Counted from the first letter of the stretch, positions 25,374 through 35,899 are shown. The stretch: 64,000 nt of DNA from Bacteroidales bacterium (GCA_029004185.1 JAQUPB010000001.1:1322-65321); one strand, 5' to 3'. Numbers and translations are program-made. Notes: a model not told the origin generated them from the sequence alone.

Positions 25374-26147
25374 ATGAATAACAGCAGAGCAAAACTCATA
25401 GATTTTTTGAAAAAACATCCTGTGTTGGCAAATATTTTTTATGCTTTTGTTTTCATTCTATTATGTATATGGATTTTTTCAATTGTTCTGAATGTATACA
25501 CACAGCACAATAAATATATTTATGTTCCTGATTTCACGGGTGTTTCCATTGATTCTCTTGATGAATTCGTGAAAGATAAAGATGTGGAATATGTAATCAG
25601 CGATTCGGTTTATGATGCGAAAAAGAAAAAAGGAGATGTTTATTCGCAAGACCCGTTACAAAACACAAAAGTAAAATCGGGAAGAAAAATATATCTGACA
25701 ATTGTTGCGCAAACACCCGAAAAAGTTGAAATGCCAGATGTCGTTGATTTAACTTTAAGACAGGCGTTATCAACAATTGAAAGAAGCGGATTAAAAGTCG
25801 GACGGCTTGATTATGTTCAGGATATTGCCGAAAATGCAGTTTTGCGGCAAAGATATAAAGGAAAAGACGTTAAACCCGGCACAATGCTTGAAGCAGGTTC
25901 AAAAATAAACCTGACAGTAGGCAGTGGATTCGGAAGCAGAACAACGGAAGTTCCTAATGCTATCGGTAAATCCAGATTAGTGGCGATTTCGGAAATAAAT
26001 GAAGCATCATTAAACGTAGGTAATGAAACATTTGAAAATGACATTAAGAGTGATGATGCAATTGTGAGAAAACAAAAACCGGCTCCCGGCACTGGCGTTA
26101 ATGTTGGTGTTACAATTGATTTGTGGTATGGCTCAGTAAAAAAATAA
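25374..26147 (+). CDS. PASTA domain-containing membrane-anchored protein
   Basis: 257 aa. N-terminal TM helix followed by three ~65 aa repeats beginning PDFTG / MPDVVD / VPNAIG, which are PASTA-like. Confidence 0.75.
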   Translation: MNNSRAKLIDFLKKHPVLANIFYAFVFILLCIWIFSIVLNVYTQHNKYIYVPDFTGVSIDSLDEFVKDKDVEYVISDSVYDAKKKKGDVYSQDPLQNTKVKSGRKIYLTIVAQTPEKVEMPDVVDLTLRQALSTIERSGLKVGRLDYVQDIAENAVLRQRYKGKDVKPGTMLEAGSKINLTVGSGFGSRTTEVPNAIGKSRLVAISEINEASLNVGNETFENDIKSDDAIVRKQKPAPGTGVNVGVTIDLWYGSVKK

Positions 26148-26238
26148 AAATTGTTTGTAGTTTGTAGTTTATTAATTCTTTGGTTTTTTTATTTTAAAAA
26201 TTTAATTTAATTTAGCTTTTAATGAAATAAAATTGTTT

Positions 26239-26366
26239 AATGGCTCAATTGTCTAATTGTTAAAAATCAAATGTCAACAGTATAAGTGAAAAATAGAAAA
26301 ACATCACCGACTAGCCTAGCTATCATGATAATTTTAACAATTAAACAATTAGACAATTTAGCCATT
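26239..26366 (+). repeat. CAATTGT-armed hairpin element, copy 1 (conserved loop core TCAACAGTATA)
   Basis: The left arm aatggctcaattgtctaattgttaaaa pairs with the right arm ttttaacaattaaacaattagacaatttagccatt. About 22 nt are complementary with one mismatch, and the right arm has one extra word. Confidence 0.8.
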
Positions 26367-26392
26367 TAAAATATAATTCAAATTAATTCTTA

Positions 26393-28339
26393 ATGAAAAA
26401 TAATATTATAAACATATCGCTTATTTTAATTTTTTCTTTCAGTTGTTACTCACAAGAAACACTTGTTGGTTTGCAAACAAATCCGGTTATAACAAATTAT
26501 TTGAAAAACAATAAAAATGTTATAACAAGAGGTAAAAGAGCAGCAACAATAAAACCGGTTTATCTCCCTTTTGTTGATGATTTTTCAAAGGACAATATTT
26601 ATCCCGATTCATCTTTATGGCTTGATAGCTGTGCTTTTATTAACCGCGACCTTGGGAAAAATCCCGTAACATTGGGTGTTGCCACTTTTGATGCTTTGGA
26701 TAAAAACGGGAAATTATATGATAATGCAAGTTCCACTTCTGAAGTTTCGGATTATTTAACTTCAAAACCAATACGTCTGGATTCAACAAATGAACTTCCG
26801 CCGCAACCAATAAATGTCAGCGACTCCGTTTATTTCAGTTTTTATTATCAACCGCAGGGAAATAGCGATAACTCACCCGAACCGGGCGATTCACTGGTAC
26901 TTGAGTTTTTTAGTCCCGTTGATACAACCTGGAAGACCGTTTGGTCATCTGCGGGAGGCATGACATATCAGCAGTTTTACAATATTTATCAGAAAAGCTT
27001 CAGGTTAATAATGCTCCCTGTCAGAGACTCGATTTATTTTAAAAATGGATTTAAATTCAGATTTAAAAATTATGCAAGTGTGGCAAACAGTTACGAACCA
27101 AGCTGGGCTTCGGGCATTGTTGACCAATGGAATATTGATTATGTATATATGAATAAAGGTAGAACCATTGGTGATACAATTTTTGATGATGTTGCTTTTG
27201 TTGATAAAATAGGTTCTTTGTTAAATGACTATCAATCCATGCCGTGGGATCATTTTAAAGCCGATTCTACAGGAAAAATAGTTGATGCCCTAAATATAGT
27301 TTATAAAAATTTAAGTGATTCAACAAAAAATGTAAAACGCGATTTTGTAATTACCGATTTATCTGGTTCGACTTTGCCATATAATTATACCGGAGGAAAC
27401 CTGAACATATCGCCATTTTCCGAAGAAATTTTTACTGTTCCGATAAAAAATTATTCTCTTACTTTAAACTCTTATGATACAACAACACTTGAAGTAGAAG
27501 CATCAGTAAATACAACACCTGATGATAATGGAAATAATGACACTGTAAAAGCAAGACAAGTTTTCAGCGATTATTATGCTTATGATGATGGTGTGCCGGA
27601 GGCGGGCTGGGGCTTAACCGGAAGCAATGCAAAGAAAGGAAAAGCAGCATGCAAGTTTATCCTTAATAAATCAGATACTTTAAAGGAAGTACAAATTTAT
27701 TTTAACAGAACATTGAATGAAGCAAATAAAAAAATGTTTTATCTTGGAATATGGACTTCGCTGGTTCCGGAAAATGTTGTTTATAAGTCAAATTCACCTG
27801 TTCCTTTTCCCGAATTTGAAGACAGCTTGAATGAATTTCACACATATTACCTTGAAACTCCTCTTTACTGTTCTGGTACAATTTATATCGGCTGGTATCA
27901 AACCACAAATGACAATCTGAATATGGGTTTTGATTTAAACAATGAATTTGGCTGGAGCGGAACTTACAATGGTAATTTATTTTATAACACTGATGGAACA
28001 TGGCAAAATTCCTCATACAAGGGAGCATTGATGATGCGTCCGGTATTCAAAAAAGTTATTCCTCAGGCTGTTGAAAACAATGATTTTAAAAATAATATTT
28101 TAGTATATCCCAATCCGGCAAAAGATTTCATTAATATTAAAAACGAAACAAACGAAAAGAAATTAAGAATTGTTATTTTTGATTTTCTCGGCAGGGAACG
28201 CATAAACAGCATTATTAATACTGATTCCGGAAATACGAAAATCAATCTGAATGATTTTGGCGAGGGATTATACATAATACAGATTTCCGATTTAAACGGA
28301 AAAATATTAAAAAATTCAAAGTTTGTTGTTTTAAAATGA
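26393..28339 (+). CDS. Secreted protein with T9SS C-terminal sorting domain, function unknown
   Basis: 648 aa. Signal peptide. The C-terminal ILVYPNPAKDFINIKN...GLYIIQISDLNGKILKNSKFVVLK looks like a Por secretion tail. Confidence 0.7.
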   Translation: MKNNIINISLILIFSFSCYSQETLVGLQTNPVITNYLKNNKNVITRGKRAATIKPVYLPFVDDFSKDNIYPDSSLWLDSCAFINRDLGKNPVTLGVATFDALDKNGKLYDNASSTSEVSDYLTSKPIRLDSTNELPPQPINVSDSVYFSFYYQPQGNSDNSPEPGDSLVLEFFSPVDTTWKTVWSSAGGMTYQQFYNIYQKSFRLIMLPVRDSIYFKNGFKFRFKNYASVANSYEPSWASGIVDQWNIDYVYMNKGRTIGDTIFDDVAFVDKIGSLLNDYQSMPWDHFKADSTGKIVDALNIVYKNLSDSTKNVKRDFVITDLSGSTLPYNYTGGNLNISPFSEEIFTVPIKNYSLTLNSYDTTTLEVEASVNTTPDDNGNNDTVKARQVFSDYYAYDDGVPEAGWGLTGSNAKKGKAACKFILNKSDTLKEVQIYFNRTLNEANKKMFYLGIWTSLVPENVVYKSNSPVPFPEFEDSLNEFHTYYLETPLYCSGTIYIGWYQTTNDNLNMGFDLNNEFGWSGTYNGNLFYNTDGTWQNSSYKGALMMRPVFKKVIPQAVENNDFKNNILVYPNPAKDFINIKNETNEKKLRIVIFDFLGRERINSIINTDSGNTKINLNDFGEGLYIIQISDLNGKILKNSKFVVLK

Positions 28340-28400
28340 TTTCAATAAAACTCGCAGCTCAGAGCTTGTAGCTCGCGGCTTTTTTTAAACCAAAGTAAAA

Positions 28401-29543
28401 ATGCTTTTCAGGGAAATTGTAGGTCAGAGCGAAGTAAAGAAAAAACTTATACAAACTGTTAAAGAAAACAGAATAAGTCATGCCCAGTTGTTTACCGGAA
28501 ATGAAGGAGTGGGAAAGCTTCCTTTAGCGATTGCTTATGCGCAGTATGTTTCATGTGAAAACCGGCAAGGAGATGATTCATGCGGTGTTTGCGCTTCATG
28601 CATTAAATATGAAAAACTCATTCATCCCGATTTGCATTTTCTTTTTCCGATAGCAAATATTACTTCTGCTTCGGGAAGTACGACAAAAGCATCCTGTTTC
28701 AATCCGGATACTCTTCAGGAGTGGCGTAACTCCGTTCAGGCAAATCCGTATCTTGAATTAAACGAATGGCTCGAAAATATTGAAATTGAAAATAAACAGG
28801 CAACGATAAATGCAAAAGATTGCAATGAAATAATAAAAATACTCGGGTTAAAAACATATGAGTCGGAATTTAAAGTGGTAATTATTTGGATGCTCGAAAA
28901 ACTTTACCATTCTGCTGCTCCGAAGTTGCTTAAAATTCTTGAAGAACCACCGGATAAAACATTATTCCTTTTAATTTCCGAAAATCCGGAACAGGTTGTT
29001 AAGACAATTCTTTCGCGAACGCAAATAGTAAAAGTTCCCCGCATAAGCGATGAAGACATACGTTCGGCATTGAAGAAGAAATACGATGAATCGCAAAGCA
29101 AAATAAATTATGCCGTTAATCTTGCTGATGGAAATTATTTTGAAGCTGTAAACATTTTAAGTAAAAGCGATAAGGAAAAATCGGATTTTAATTTTTTAAT
29201 AAGTTGGTTGCGGCTGTGCTATAAACCAGAATTTGCAAAAATTTCCGACTGGGTTGATGAAATTTCAAAAACAGGAAGAGAACGACAAAAACTTTTTTTA
29301 AATTATGCACTGCATCTGATAAAAGAATGTTTTGAACATAATGGCTGCAGCATGGAATTTTCGAATATTGAAGAAACAGAAAAAGAAGTACTGGAAAATT
29401 TTTCAAAACTTATTAATGTAAAAAATGTATTAAAAATATATGAAGAACTGAATACCGCATCATTTCATATTGAACGTAATGCATATCCGAAAATTCTCTT
29501 TATGGACCTTTCCATAAAAATGGCTCATTTATTAAGATTGTAA
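28401..29543 (+). CDS. holB: DNA polymerase III delta-prime subunit
   Basis: 380 aa. IVGQSEVKKKL...ISHAQLFTGNEGVGKLPLA (degenerate P-loop), a Cys cluster CGVCASC, and SRTQIVKV. Confidence 0.8.
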   Translation: MLFREIVGQSEVKKKLIQTVKENRISHAQLFTGNEGVGKLPLAIAYAQYVSCENRQGDDSCGVCASCIKYEKLIHPDLHFLFPIANITSASGSTTKASCFNPDTLQEWRNSVQANPYLELNEWLENIEIENKQATINAKDCNEIIKILGLKTYESEFKVVIIWMLEKLYHSAAPKLLKILEEPPDKTLFLLISENPEQVVKTILSRTQIVKVPRISDEDIRSALKKKYDESQSKINYAVNLADGNYFEAVNILSKSDKEKSDFNFLISWLRLCYKPEFAKISDWVDEISKTGRERQKLFLNYALHLIKECFEHNGCSMEFSNIEETEKEVLENFSKLINVKNVLKIYEELNTASFHIERNAYPKILFMDLSIKMAHLLRL

Positions 29544-29594
29544 AATTTATTGTAACTTTGTTAGCATCTTTATTATTTACCAGCAGAATTTCAT

Positions 29595-30668
29595 ATGAAT
29601 TGTTTTGATTGCACATCCAGGGATTGTAGTTACAGAAAAACTTATCTGAACAAAAAATATTACATCAATTCTAACAAGTTTAATACATTGAATTGGCTCG
29701 ATGATATACCATTGCCTGAAAGCAAAGAATTTTTCGACATCGTTGAGGTAAGATTTAAAAACAGCAGAAAAGATTTTTTTAAAAACATAAATAAAATAAA
29801 TCTTGCCATCGGAGATATTGTTGCAGTTGAAGCAAGTCCGGGACACGATATAGGTACGGTTTCACTTATCGGTGAATTGGTGCGGATAAAAATGAAAATA
29901 AATGAAATTGACGAAAAATCAGAAGAAATAAAAAAAATATACCGAAGAGCACGTCAAATAGATACTGACAAATGGAGTTCCGTGAAGGGATTGGAAATTT
30001 CCACAATGTATAAAGCAAGGGAAATTGCAAAAAATCTCGGATTAACGATGAAAATCTGCGATGTGGAATATCAGGGCGATGGGACGAAAGCAATATTTTA
30101 TTATACTGCCGAAGAAAGGGTTGATTTTCGCGAACTCATAAAAATTCTTGCCGATGAATTCAAGGTAAGAATTGAAATGAAACAGATAGGTGTCAGGCAG
30201 GAATCAAGCAAACTCGGCGCCATAGGTTCATGCGGAAGAGAAGTTTGCTGTTCTACATGGCTTACCGATTTCAAGTCTGTTTCAACCAATGCAGCCCGTG
30301 TTCAGCAATTATCACTGAACCCGCAGAAACTAGCCGGACAATGCGCCAAACTTAAATGCTGCTTCAATTATGAATTTGATTGTTATGTTGATACTTTGAA
30401 TGATTTTCCGGATAATTCGGTTGTGCTTCAATCTAAAAAAGGTGAAGCCGTTTATCAAAAAACAGATGTTTTTAAAAAAATAATGTGGTATTCATATAAG
30501 GAAGAGCCCGACACTTTAATTGAAGTTCATGTAGACAGGGTAAAAAAAATAATGGAAATGAACAGCAAAGGACAAAAACCGGATAAAATTGAAATCGAAA
30601 AAGAAAATGATGAAAGCAACATACTTAAAGATGACAAAAATGAAACAAACATGACAAAGAATTTCTGA
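29595..30668 (+). CDS. PSP1 domain protein (RicT/YaaT-like)
   Basis: 357 aa. Conserved PSP1-like core (DVEYQGDGTKAIFYYTAEERVDFRELIK...) plus a Cys-rich segment. It follows holB, as yaaT does in Bacillus. Confidence 0.8.
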   Translation: MNCFDCTSRDCSYRKTYLNKKYYINSNKFNTLNWLDDIPLPESKEFFDIVEVRFKNSRKDFFKNINKINLAIGDIVAVEASPGHDIGTVSLIGELVRIKMKINEIDEKSEEIKKIYRRARQIDTDKWSSVKGLEISTMYKAREIAKNLGLTMKICDVEYQGDGTKAIFYYTAEERVDFRELIKILADEFKVRIEMKQIGVRQESSKLGAIGSCGREVCCSTWLTDFKSVSTNAARVQQLSLNPQKLAGQCAKLKCCFNYEFDCYVDTLNDFPDNSVVLQSKKGEAVYQKTDVFKKIMWYSYKEEPDTLIEVHVDRVKKIMEMNSKGQKPDKIEIEKENDESNILKDDKNETNMTKNF

Positions 30669-30701
30669 CACAAAAAAGATTAATAAAAATTTTATCATAT
30701 A

Positions 30702-31187
30702 ATGAGATACACCTGTAATTTTTTTAAAAATATATTTATAATTTCAATAGCTTTTTTTCTGTTTTATTCGTGTGATAAAAACAGGGTGTTTGAAGATATT
30801 AAAGAAATACCCGAAGGAACCTGGAACAGAAAAAATAAAATTTCCTTTGAAATTAATGTTACCGATACAACTTCCATGAATAATATTTATATCAATATCC
30901 GTAATAAAGGTTCATACATATATAGAAATATATATATGTTCATGAATACTGTATATCCTGACAATAAACTATCAACAGACACTTTTGTATGCGTACTTGC
31001 AAATGATAAAGGAAGATGGCTTGGCAAAGGCATTGGCGATTTATGGTTCAACAGGATGTTATTTAAAAAAAATCTTGTGTTTCCGAAAAAAGGAAAATAT
31101 ATTTTCAGGTTTGAACAGGCAATGCGGGATGAAGATTTGACAGGAATTACTGACATTGGCATTCGCATTGAAAAGGTTGAAGAATAA
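30702..31187 (+). CDS. gldH: Probable gliding-motility-associated lipoprotein GldH
   Basis: 161 aa. Lipobox-like FLFYSCD. The size and the position between the PSP1 and PBP1A genes match my recollection of gldH loci in Flavobacteriia. Not verifiable here. Confidence 0.55.
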   Translation: MRYTCNFFKNIFIISIAFFLFYSCDKNRVFEDIKEIPEGTWNRKNKISFEINVTDTTSMNNIYINIRNKGSYIYRNIYMFMNTVYPDNKLSTDTFVCVLANDKGRWLGKGIGDLWFNRMLFKKNLVFPKKGKYIFRFEQAMRDEDLTGITDIGIRIEKVEE

Positions 31188-31204
31188 AAATTTAATGTAA
31201 AAAA

Positions 31205-33439
31205 ATGGCAAAAGGCAAAACCGGCAGGAATTTTATTAGATTTGTCTGGCTAATGCTTATTGTTCCGCTTGTATTGATTATGCTGCTTTTTTTTGCAGTA
31301 TCACTCGGGTGGTTCGGACAATTACCAACTTTTACGCAGCTTGAAAATCCCAAAAGCAGTCTTGCCAGCGAAGTATATTCTGCAGATAATGTTCTTCTTG
31401 GAAAATATTTTTTTCAGAACCGTTCGAATGTCCGTTATAACGAACTTTCGCCGAATATTATAAATGCTCTTGTTGCTACCGAAGATTACAGGTTTCCCAA
31501 ACATTCAGGAATTGATTTTAAAAGTTTGTTCAGGGTCATTACAAAAAACATTCTGTTCGGAAATAAAAAAGCAGGAGGAGGCAGCACAATTTCCCAGCAA
31601 TTAGCAAAAAATCTTTTTCCGCGCGAAAAAGATCCTCCCTTTTTTAAACTTGTTATTATAAAACTTAAAGAATGGATTACTGCAATAAAACTTGAACGTA
31701 ACTATACAAAAGAAGAAATTGTTGCAATGTACCTCAGTACGGTCGATTTCGGCAATTTATCGTATGGAATAAAATCGGCGGCAAAAACATATTTCAATAC
31801 AACTCCTGCAGCGCTGAAAACAGAACAGGCGGCTATGCTGGTTGGTCTATTAAAGGCTCCTTCATGGTTTAATCCGGTAAGAAACTACGACAGAGCATTG
31901 AAAAGACGTGAAGTTGTTTTGCATCAGATGTGCAAGTATAATTACATAAACGAAAAACAATACGATTCATTAAAAACTCTTCCGATAGATTTATCAAGAT
32001 TTAAAATACAGGACCATACGGAAGGACTGGCAACGTATCTGCGCGAATACCTGAGAGGTGTTATTGCGGAATGGTGCAACAATCATTTAAAAGCTGACGG
32101 CACTCCTTATAATTTATACAGAGACGGACTGAAAATATATACGACAATAAATTCCAAAATGCAGAAATATGCCGAAGAAGCTGTTGCCGAACACCTGAAA
32201 GAATTGCAAAAGGAATTTTACAAGCACTGGAAAGGAATTAAAAATGCACCTTTTGATGAAGAGATGGAACCTGAAATGATAAAAGAAGCATATGATCAGG
32301 CGATAAAGAGAAGCGACCGCTATCAGTTTCTGAAAGCACAGGGATATAAAGATTTTGAAATATCAAAAATATTCAGGCAACCGGTCAAAATGAAAGTTTT
32401 TTCATGGAAAGGAGCCAAAGATACTACGATGTCTCCGATGGATTCGATAAAATATTATAAATATTTTCTTCTTTCAGGCTTAATGTCGGTTGAACCGCGA
32501 ACAGGATACGTCAGAGCTTATGTGGGAGGAATAAATTATAAATATTTCCAGTATGACCATGTGATTTCAGGCAAACGGCAGGTGGGTTCAACATTTAAAC
32601 CGTTTTTATATACACTTGCCATGCAGGAGGGAGAGTTTACCCCCTGCTCCAAAGTTCCTAATATCTCTGTCAGCTTCGAAAATCCAGGCGGAGAACCATG
32701 GACACCAAAAAACTCAAGCGAGGCAAGAGAAGGAGAAATGGTAACTTTGAAATGGGCACTTGCAAATTCTATAAATAATGTTTCTGCTTATTTAATGAAA
32801 AGATATAAACCTGAAGCAGTAGTTCAGGTTGCAAGAAAAATGGGGATTACAAGTCCTATTCCTGCTGTACCATCAATATGCCTTGGAAGTGTGGATTTGA
32901 GTTTGTATGAAATGGTAGGAGCATATTCCACATTTGCAAATAAAGGCAGATGGATTGAACCGATATTGATTACAAGAATTGAAGATAAAAGCGGTAATGT
33001 TCTTGAAACATTTTCTCCGAAAACATCTGAGGCTTTTAACGAAAATACAGCATTCCTGATGCTCGATTTAATGAAAGGTGTTTGCTTATGGGGAACAGGC
33101 GCAAGATTACGGTATAGATATAATTTTTCAAACCCTATTGCAGGAAAAACAGGTACTACACAAAACAATTCCGATGGCTGGTTTATAGGAATAGTGCCCC
33201 AGCTTGTTACAGGTATCTGGGTTGGTTGCGAAGACAGAAGTGTACATTTCAGAAGCACCGACTTCGGGCAGGGAGCTACAATGGCTCTGCCAATATGGGC
33301 ATTGTATATGAAAAAAGTTCTCGCCGACAGATCATTAAAAATCAGGCAGGATGATTTTGACGGCATAGAAAAAGTTTCATCAAAACTTAATTGTAATACT
33401 GATGATCCGGAAAAAAAGGAAAATGAAATTGACTTTTAG
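31205..33439 (+). CDS. mrcA: Penicillin-binding protein 1A (bifunctional transglycosylase/transpeptidase)
   Basis: 744 aa. Transglycosylase motifs EDYRFPKHSGID, GGSTISQQLAKN and RKLKE-like KLKEWITAIKLE. Transpeptidase motifs STFKP, SxN (NSINN) and KTGTT. Confidence 0.9.
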   Translation: MAKGKTGRNFIRFVWLMLIVPLVLIMLLFFAVSLGWFGQLPTFTQLENPKSSLASEVYSADNVLLGKYFFQNRSNVRYNELSPNIINALVATEDYRFPKHSGIDFKSLFRVITKNILFGNKKAGGGSTISQQLAKNLFPREKDPPFFKLVIIKLKEWITAIKLERNYTKEEIVAMYLSTVDFGNLSYGIKSAAKTYFNTTPAALKTEQAAMLVGLLKAPSWFNPVRNYDRALKRREVVLHQMCKYNYINEKQYDSLKTLPIDLSRFKIQDHTEGLATYLREYLRGVIAEWCNNHLKADGTPYNLYRDGLKIYTTINSKMQKYAEEAVAEHLKELQKEFYKHWKGIKNAPFDEEMEPEMIKEAYDQAIKRSDRYQFLKAQGYKDFEISKIFRQPVKMKVFSWKGAKDTTMSPMDSIKYYKYFLLSGLMSVEPRTGYVRAYVGGINYKYFQYDHVISGKRQVGSTFKPFLYTLAMQEGEFTPCSKVPNISVSFENPGGEPWTPKNSSEAREGEMVTLKWALANSINNVSAYLMKRYKPEAVVQVARKMGITSPIPAVPSICLGSVDLSLYEMVGAYSTFANKGRWIEPILITRIEDKSGNVLETFSPKTSEAFNENTAFLMLDLMKGVCLWGTGARLRYRYNFSNPIAGKTGTTQNNSDGWFIGIVPQLVTGIWVGCEDRSVHFRSTDFGQGATMALPIWALYMKKVLADRSLKIRQDDFDGIEKVSSKLNCNTDDPEKKENEIDF

Positions 33440-33449
33440 CATTTAATTA

Positions 33450-33555
33450 AATGGCTAAATTGTTGCATTGTTAAATTGTTAAAAAAATCAACTATCAGCA
33501 GTATAGATAAATGATTAAAACAACAATTTAACAATGTGACAATTAAACAATTTTA
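33450..33555 (+). repeat. CAATTGT-armed hairpin element, copy 2 (loop core TCAGCAGTATA)
   Basis: 33466-33480 (cattgttaaattgtt) is perfectly complementary to 33522-33536 (aacaatttaacaatg). The left arm starts aatggctaaattgt, like copy 1. Confidence 0.8.
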
Positions 33556-33599
33556 TTTCAGCAAAAGTTAAAATTTTAATTGTTTGCAGTATAAATCTT

Positions 33600-34592
33600 T
33601 TGAAAATAAAATCACAATTGAAAATAAAAAACAAATATCACTACATATTAAAAAATATTCTCCCCTTTTGTAAATCATATTTTTTATCATTTGCCTTTTT
33701 TCTGGTTTTAAATAATATGTCAAAAGCCCAGGAAATTGAAGATAATTTTGACCAGGAAAATCAGGATACAACATTTACGGATGATTATTTCAATGATGAA
33801 CTTTTAACTACCGATGAACTTATATACGACAGCAATGCTGTTGCTTTTAATGAATGGTTTTTTTCTCATTCAACGGTAATTTATAACTTCACAAAAGCAC
33901 CGGCTAATGATTTATATCAACTCTGGGATACGGTATTCGTGCATCCTTACAAATTTGATATTCTTAAAATCCTCGATTCCGTGAATATTAAACTTGTTGA
34001 TGACATGAGTTATTATGTTCATCCTGTAAAAAATATAATTACTTCAAATTTCGGATTAAGGCACTGGCGCTATCATTTTGGTATTGATTTAAAAGTTAAA
34101 GTCGGCGATAGCATACTTTGTGCTTTCGACGGAATGGTGCGTGTTTCGAAACGAAGCAAAAGTTACGGTAACGTAATTGTCGTGAGGCATAACAACAGTC
34201 TGGAAACCGTTTATGCTCACTTATCCGCTTCAAATGTAAAAACAAATCAAATCGTCAGAGCCGGCGACCTGCTCGGATATGGAGGTAATACGGGCCGTTC
34301 AACAGGACCGCATCTGCATTTCGAAATAAGATATCTGGGACAACCTATAAATCCGGCAACAGTAATTGATTTTGCAAATTATAAACTGGTTTCAAATGAA
34401 CTTAAACTTAATAAAGGTTCTTTCAAATACTTAATTGAAGCAAGACGACCAAGATTCTACAAAGTAAAAAAAGGCGATTATCTGGGCAAAATATCAAAAA
34501 AACTGAGGGTTCCCGTGAAAACATTATGCAGATTGAACAGAATAAAATCAACAACACCACTTAAAGTAGGAAAATATATTAGATACAGATAA
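33600..34592 (+). CDS. M23 family metallopeptidase with C-terminal LysM domain
   Basis: 330 aa. HFGIDLKV, YAHLS and GNTGRSTGPHLHFEIR, then a LysM-like YKVKKGDYLGKISKKLRVPVKTLCRLN. Confidence 0.85.
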   Translation: MKIKSQLKIKNKYHYILKNILPFCKSYFLSFAFFLVLNNMSKAQEIEDNFDQENQDTTFTDDYFNDELLTTDELIYDSNAVAFNEWFFSHSTVIYNFTKAPANDLYQLWDTVFVHPYKFDILKILDSVNIKLVDDMSYYVHPVKNIITSNFGLRHWRYHFGIDLKVKVGDSILCAFDGMVRVSKRSKSYGNVIVVRHNNSLETVYAHLSASNVKTNQIVRAGDLLGYGGNTGRSTGPHLHFEIRYLGQPINPATVIDFANYKLVSNELKLNKGSFKYLIEARRPRFYKVKKGDYLGKISKKLRVPVKTLCRLNRIKSTTPLKVGKYIRYR

Positions 34593-34754
34593 TAAAAATT
34601 GATTTATTTGATTTTTTTATGATTTATAATATTATTATTAGATTAGTAAAATTATTTAATTGCTTAATTGTTTAACTGTTGAATTGCTGAAACTAATTAA
34701 AAATTATTATTATTTTAATCCTAAATCTTAAATCCTTAATCCTAAATTTTATTT

Positions 34755-35735
34755 ATGAATGAATTATATCCTTTAAAATTCAAAACAATATTCAAAGATA
34801 AAATCTGGGGCGGTGATAAAATTAAAACCATTCTTGGAAAAGATTTTTCGCCTTTGCCTAATTGCGGCGAAACATGGGAAATATCAGCAGTTCCGGGAAA
34901 CCTTTCTTTGGTGAAAAACGGTTTTCTTGAAGGGAATAATATTGAGGAACTTATTGAAGTATACATGGGCGATTTGGTTGGCGATAAAATATTTGAACAG
35001 TTCGGAGTGGAATTTCCTTTATTGATAAAATTTATTGATGCTAAGGAAATACTGTCAGTTCAGGTACATCCGGATGATGAAATGGCAAGAAAAATTTATG
35101 GCGGTTGTGGCAAAACAGAAATGTGGTATATTTTAGATGCTGAAAAAAATGCAAAGATTATTAGCGGTTTCAGCAAAGAAGTAAATAAAGAAATGTTTCT
35201 GGAACATCTGCAAAATAAAAAACTGAAAGATATTTTGAATATTGAAAATGCCGCAGCAGGTGATGTGTTTTTTATTCCTGCGGGCAGGATTCATGCAACA
35301 GGCGCCGGTATCTGCCTTGCTGAAATTCAACAGACATCCGATACAACATACCGCATTTACGATTGGGATAGAGTTGATGAAAACGGAATATCACGTGAAT
35401 TGCATCTCGAAAGTGCACTTGATGTTATGGATTATAAACATTACGATAATTATAAAACAATTTATCAATCGGAATTAAATAAATCTTCAAACATTGTTGA
35501 ATGTCCTTATTTTACAACTAACATAATTCACCTTACAAAAGAGATTTCACCTGATTATAATTTAATTGATTCTTTTGTGATTTACATTTGTGTTGAAGGA
35601 AAAATGAAAATAGAATATGGTAAAAATTCGGTTGATATGATTAAAGGAGAAACTATTTTGATTCCGGCAATTCTGAAAAACATAACACTGAAACCAGAAA
35701 CAGAAACGAAATTGTTGGAAGTTTATGTTTTCTGA
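34755..35735 (+). CDS. manA: Type I mannose-6-phosphate isomerase
   Basis: 326 aa. LYPLKFKTIFKDKIWGG, SVQVHPDD, TEMWYIL, IHATGAG...EIQQTSDTTYRIYDWDR. Confidence 0.85.
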   Translation: MNELYPLKFKTIFKDKIWGGDKIKTILGKDFSPLPNCGETWEISAVPGNLSLVKNGFLEGNNIEELIEVYMGDLVGDKIFEQFGVEFPLLIKFIDAKEILSVQVHPDDEMARKIYGGCGKTEMWYILDAEKNAKIISGFSKEVNKEMFLEHLQNKKLKDILNIENAAAGDVFFIPAGRIHATGAGICLAEIQQTSDTTYRIYDWDRVDENGISRELHLESALDVMDYKHYDNYKTIYQSELNKSSNIVECPYFTTNIIHLTKEISPDYNLIDSFVIYICVEGKMKIEYGKNSVDMIKGETILIPAILKNITLKPETETKLLEVYVF

Positions 35736-35739
35736 AAAT

Positions 35740-35791
35740 GCCACGGATTCACAGAGTATTAAATTTCTTTTAAAATCTGTGAATCTGCGGC
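35740..35791. repeat. CACAGATT-family palindromic hairpin (copy B, diverged)
   Basis: gccacggattcacagag...tctgtgaatctgcggc, directly after the manA stop. Two arm mismatches relative to perfect pairing. Confidence 0.7.
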
Positions 35792-35899
35792 TAATTTGAT
35801 AAGCCATATTTTCATCTGTTGGACAATAAATATTTTAACAGTATCATAATTTTTTTGAAATAAAACAGTTGAACTTATAATAAAATCTATTTTGATAAA

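Noticed and set aside
28351-28386. A candidate intrinsic terminator after the T9SS protein gene (ctcgcagctcagagcttgtagctcgcggc plus a T-run).
   Set aside because: I could find only a 5 bp stem (gagct/agctc) or a bulged pairing. The sequence is better explained as a gagct-word module related to 40133-40164, so it is left as a repeat example rather than a terminator call.
32824-33366. A 180 aa ORF antisense to the PBP1A gene. Many similar 60-130 aa antisense or overlapping ORFs are in the track (for example 17246-17632, 716-955, 4369-4659, 20455-20760 and 60682-60948).
   Set aside because: Each lies wholly inside a longer ORF that has clear family motifs on the other strand or in another frame. 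They have low-complexity or odd composition and no recognisable motifs, so I treat them as shadow ORFs.
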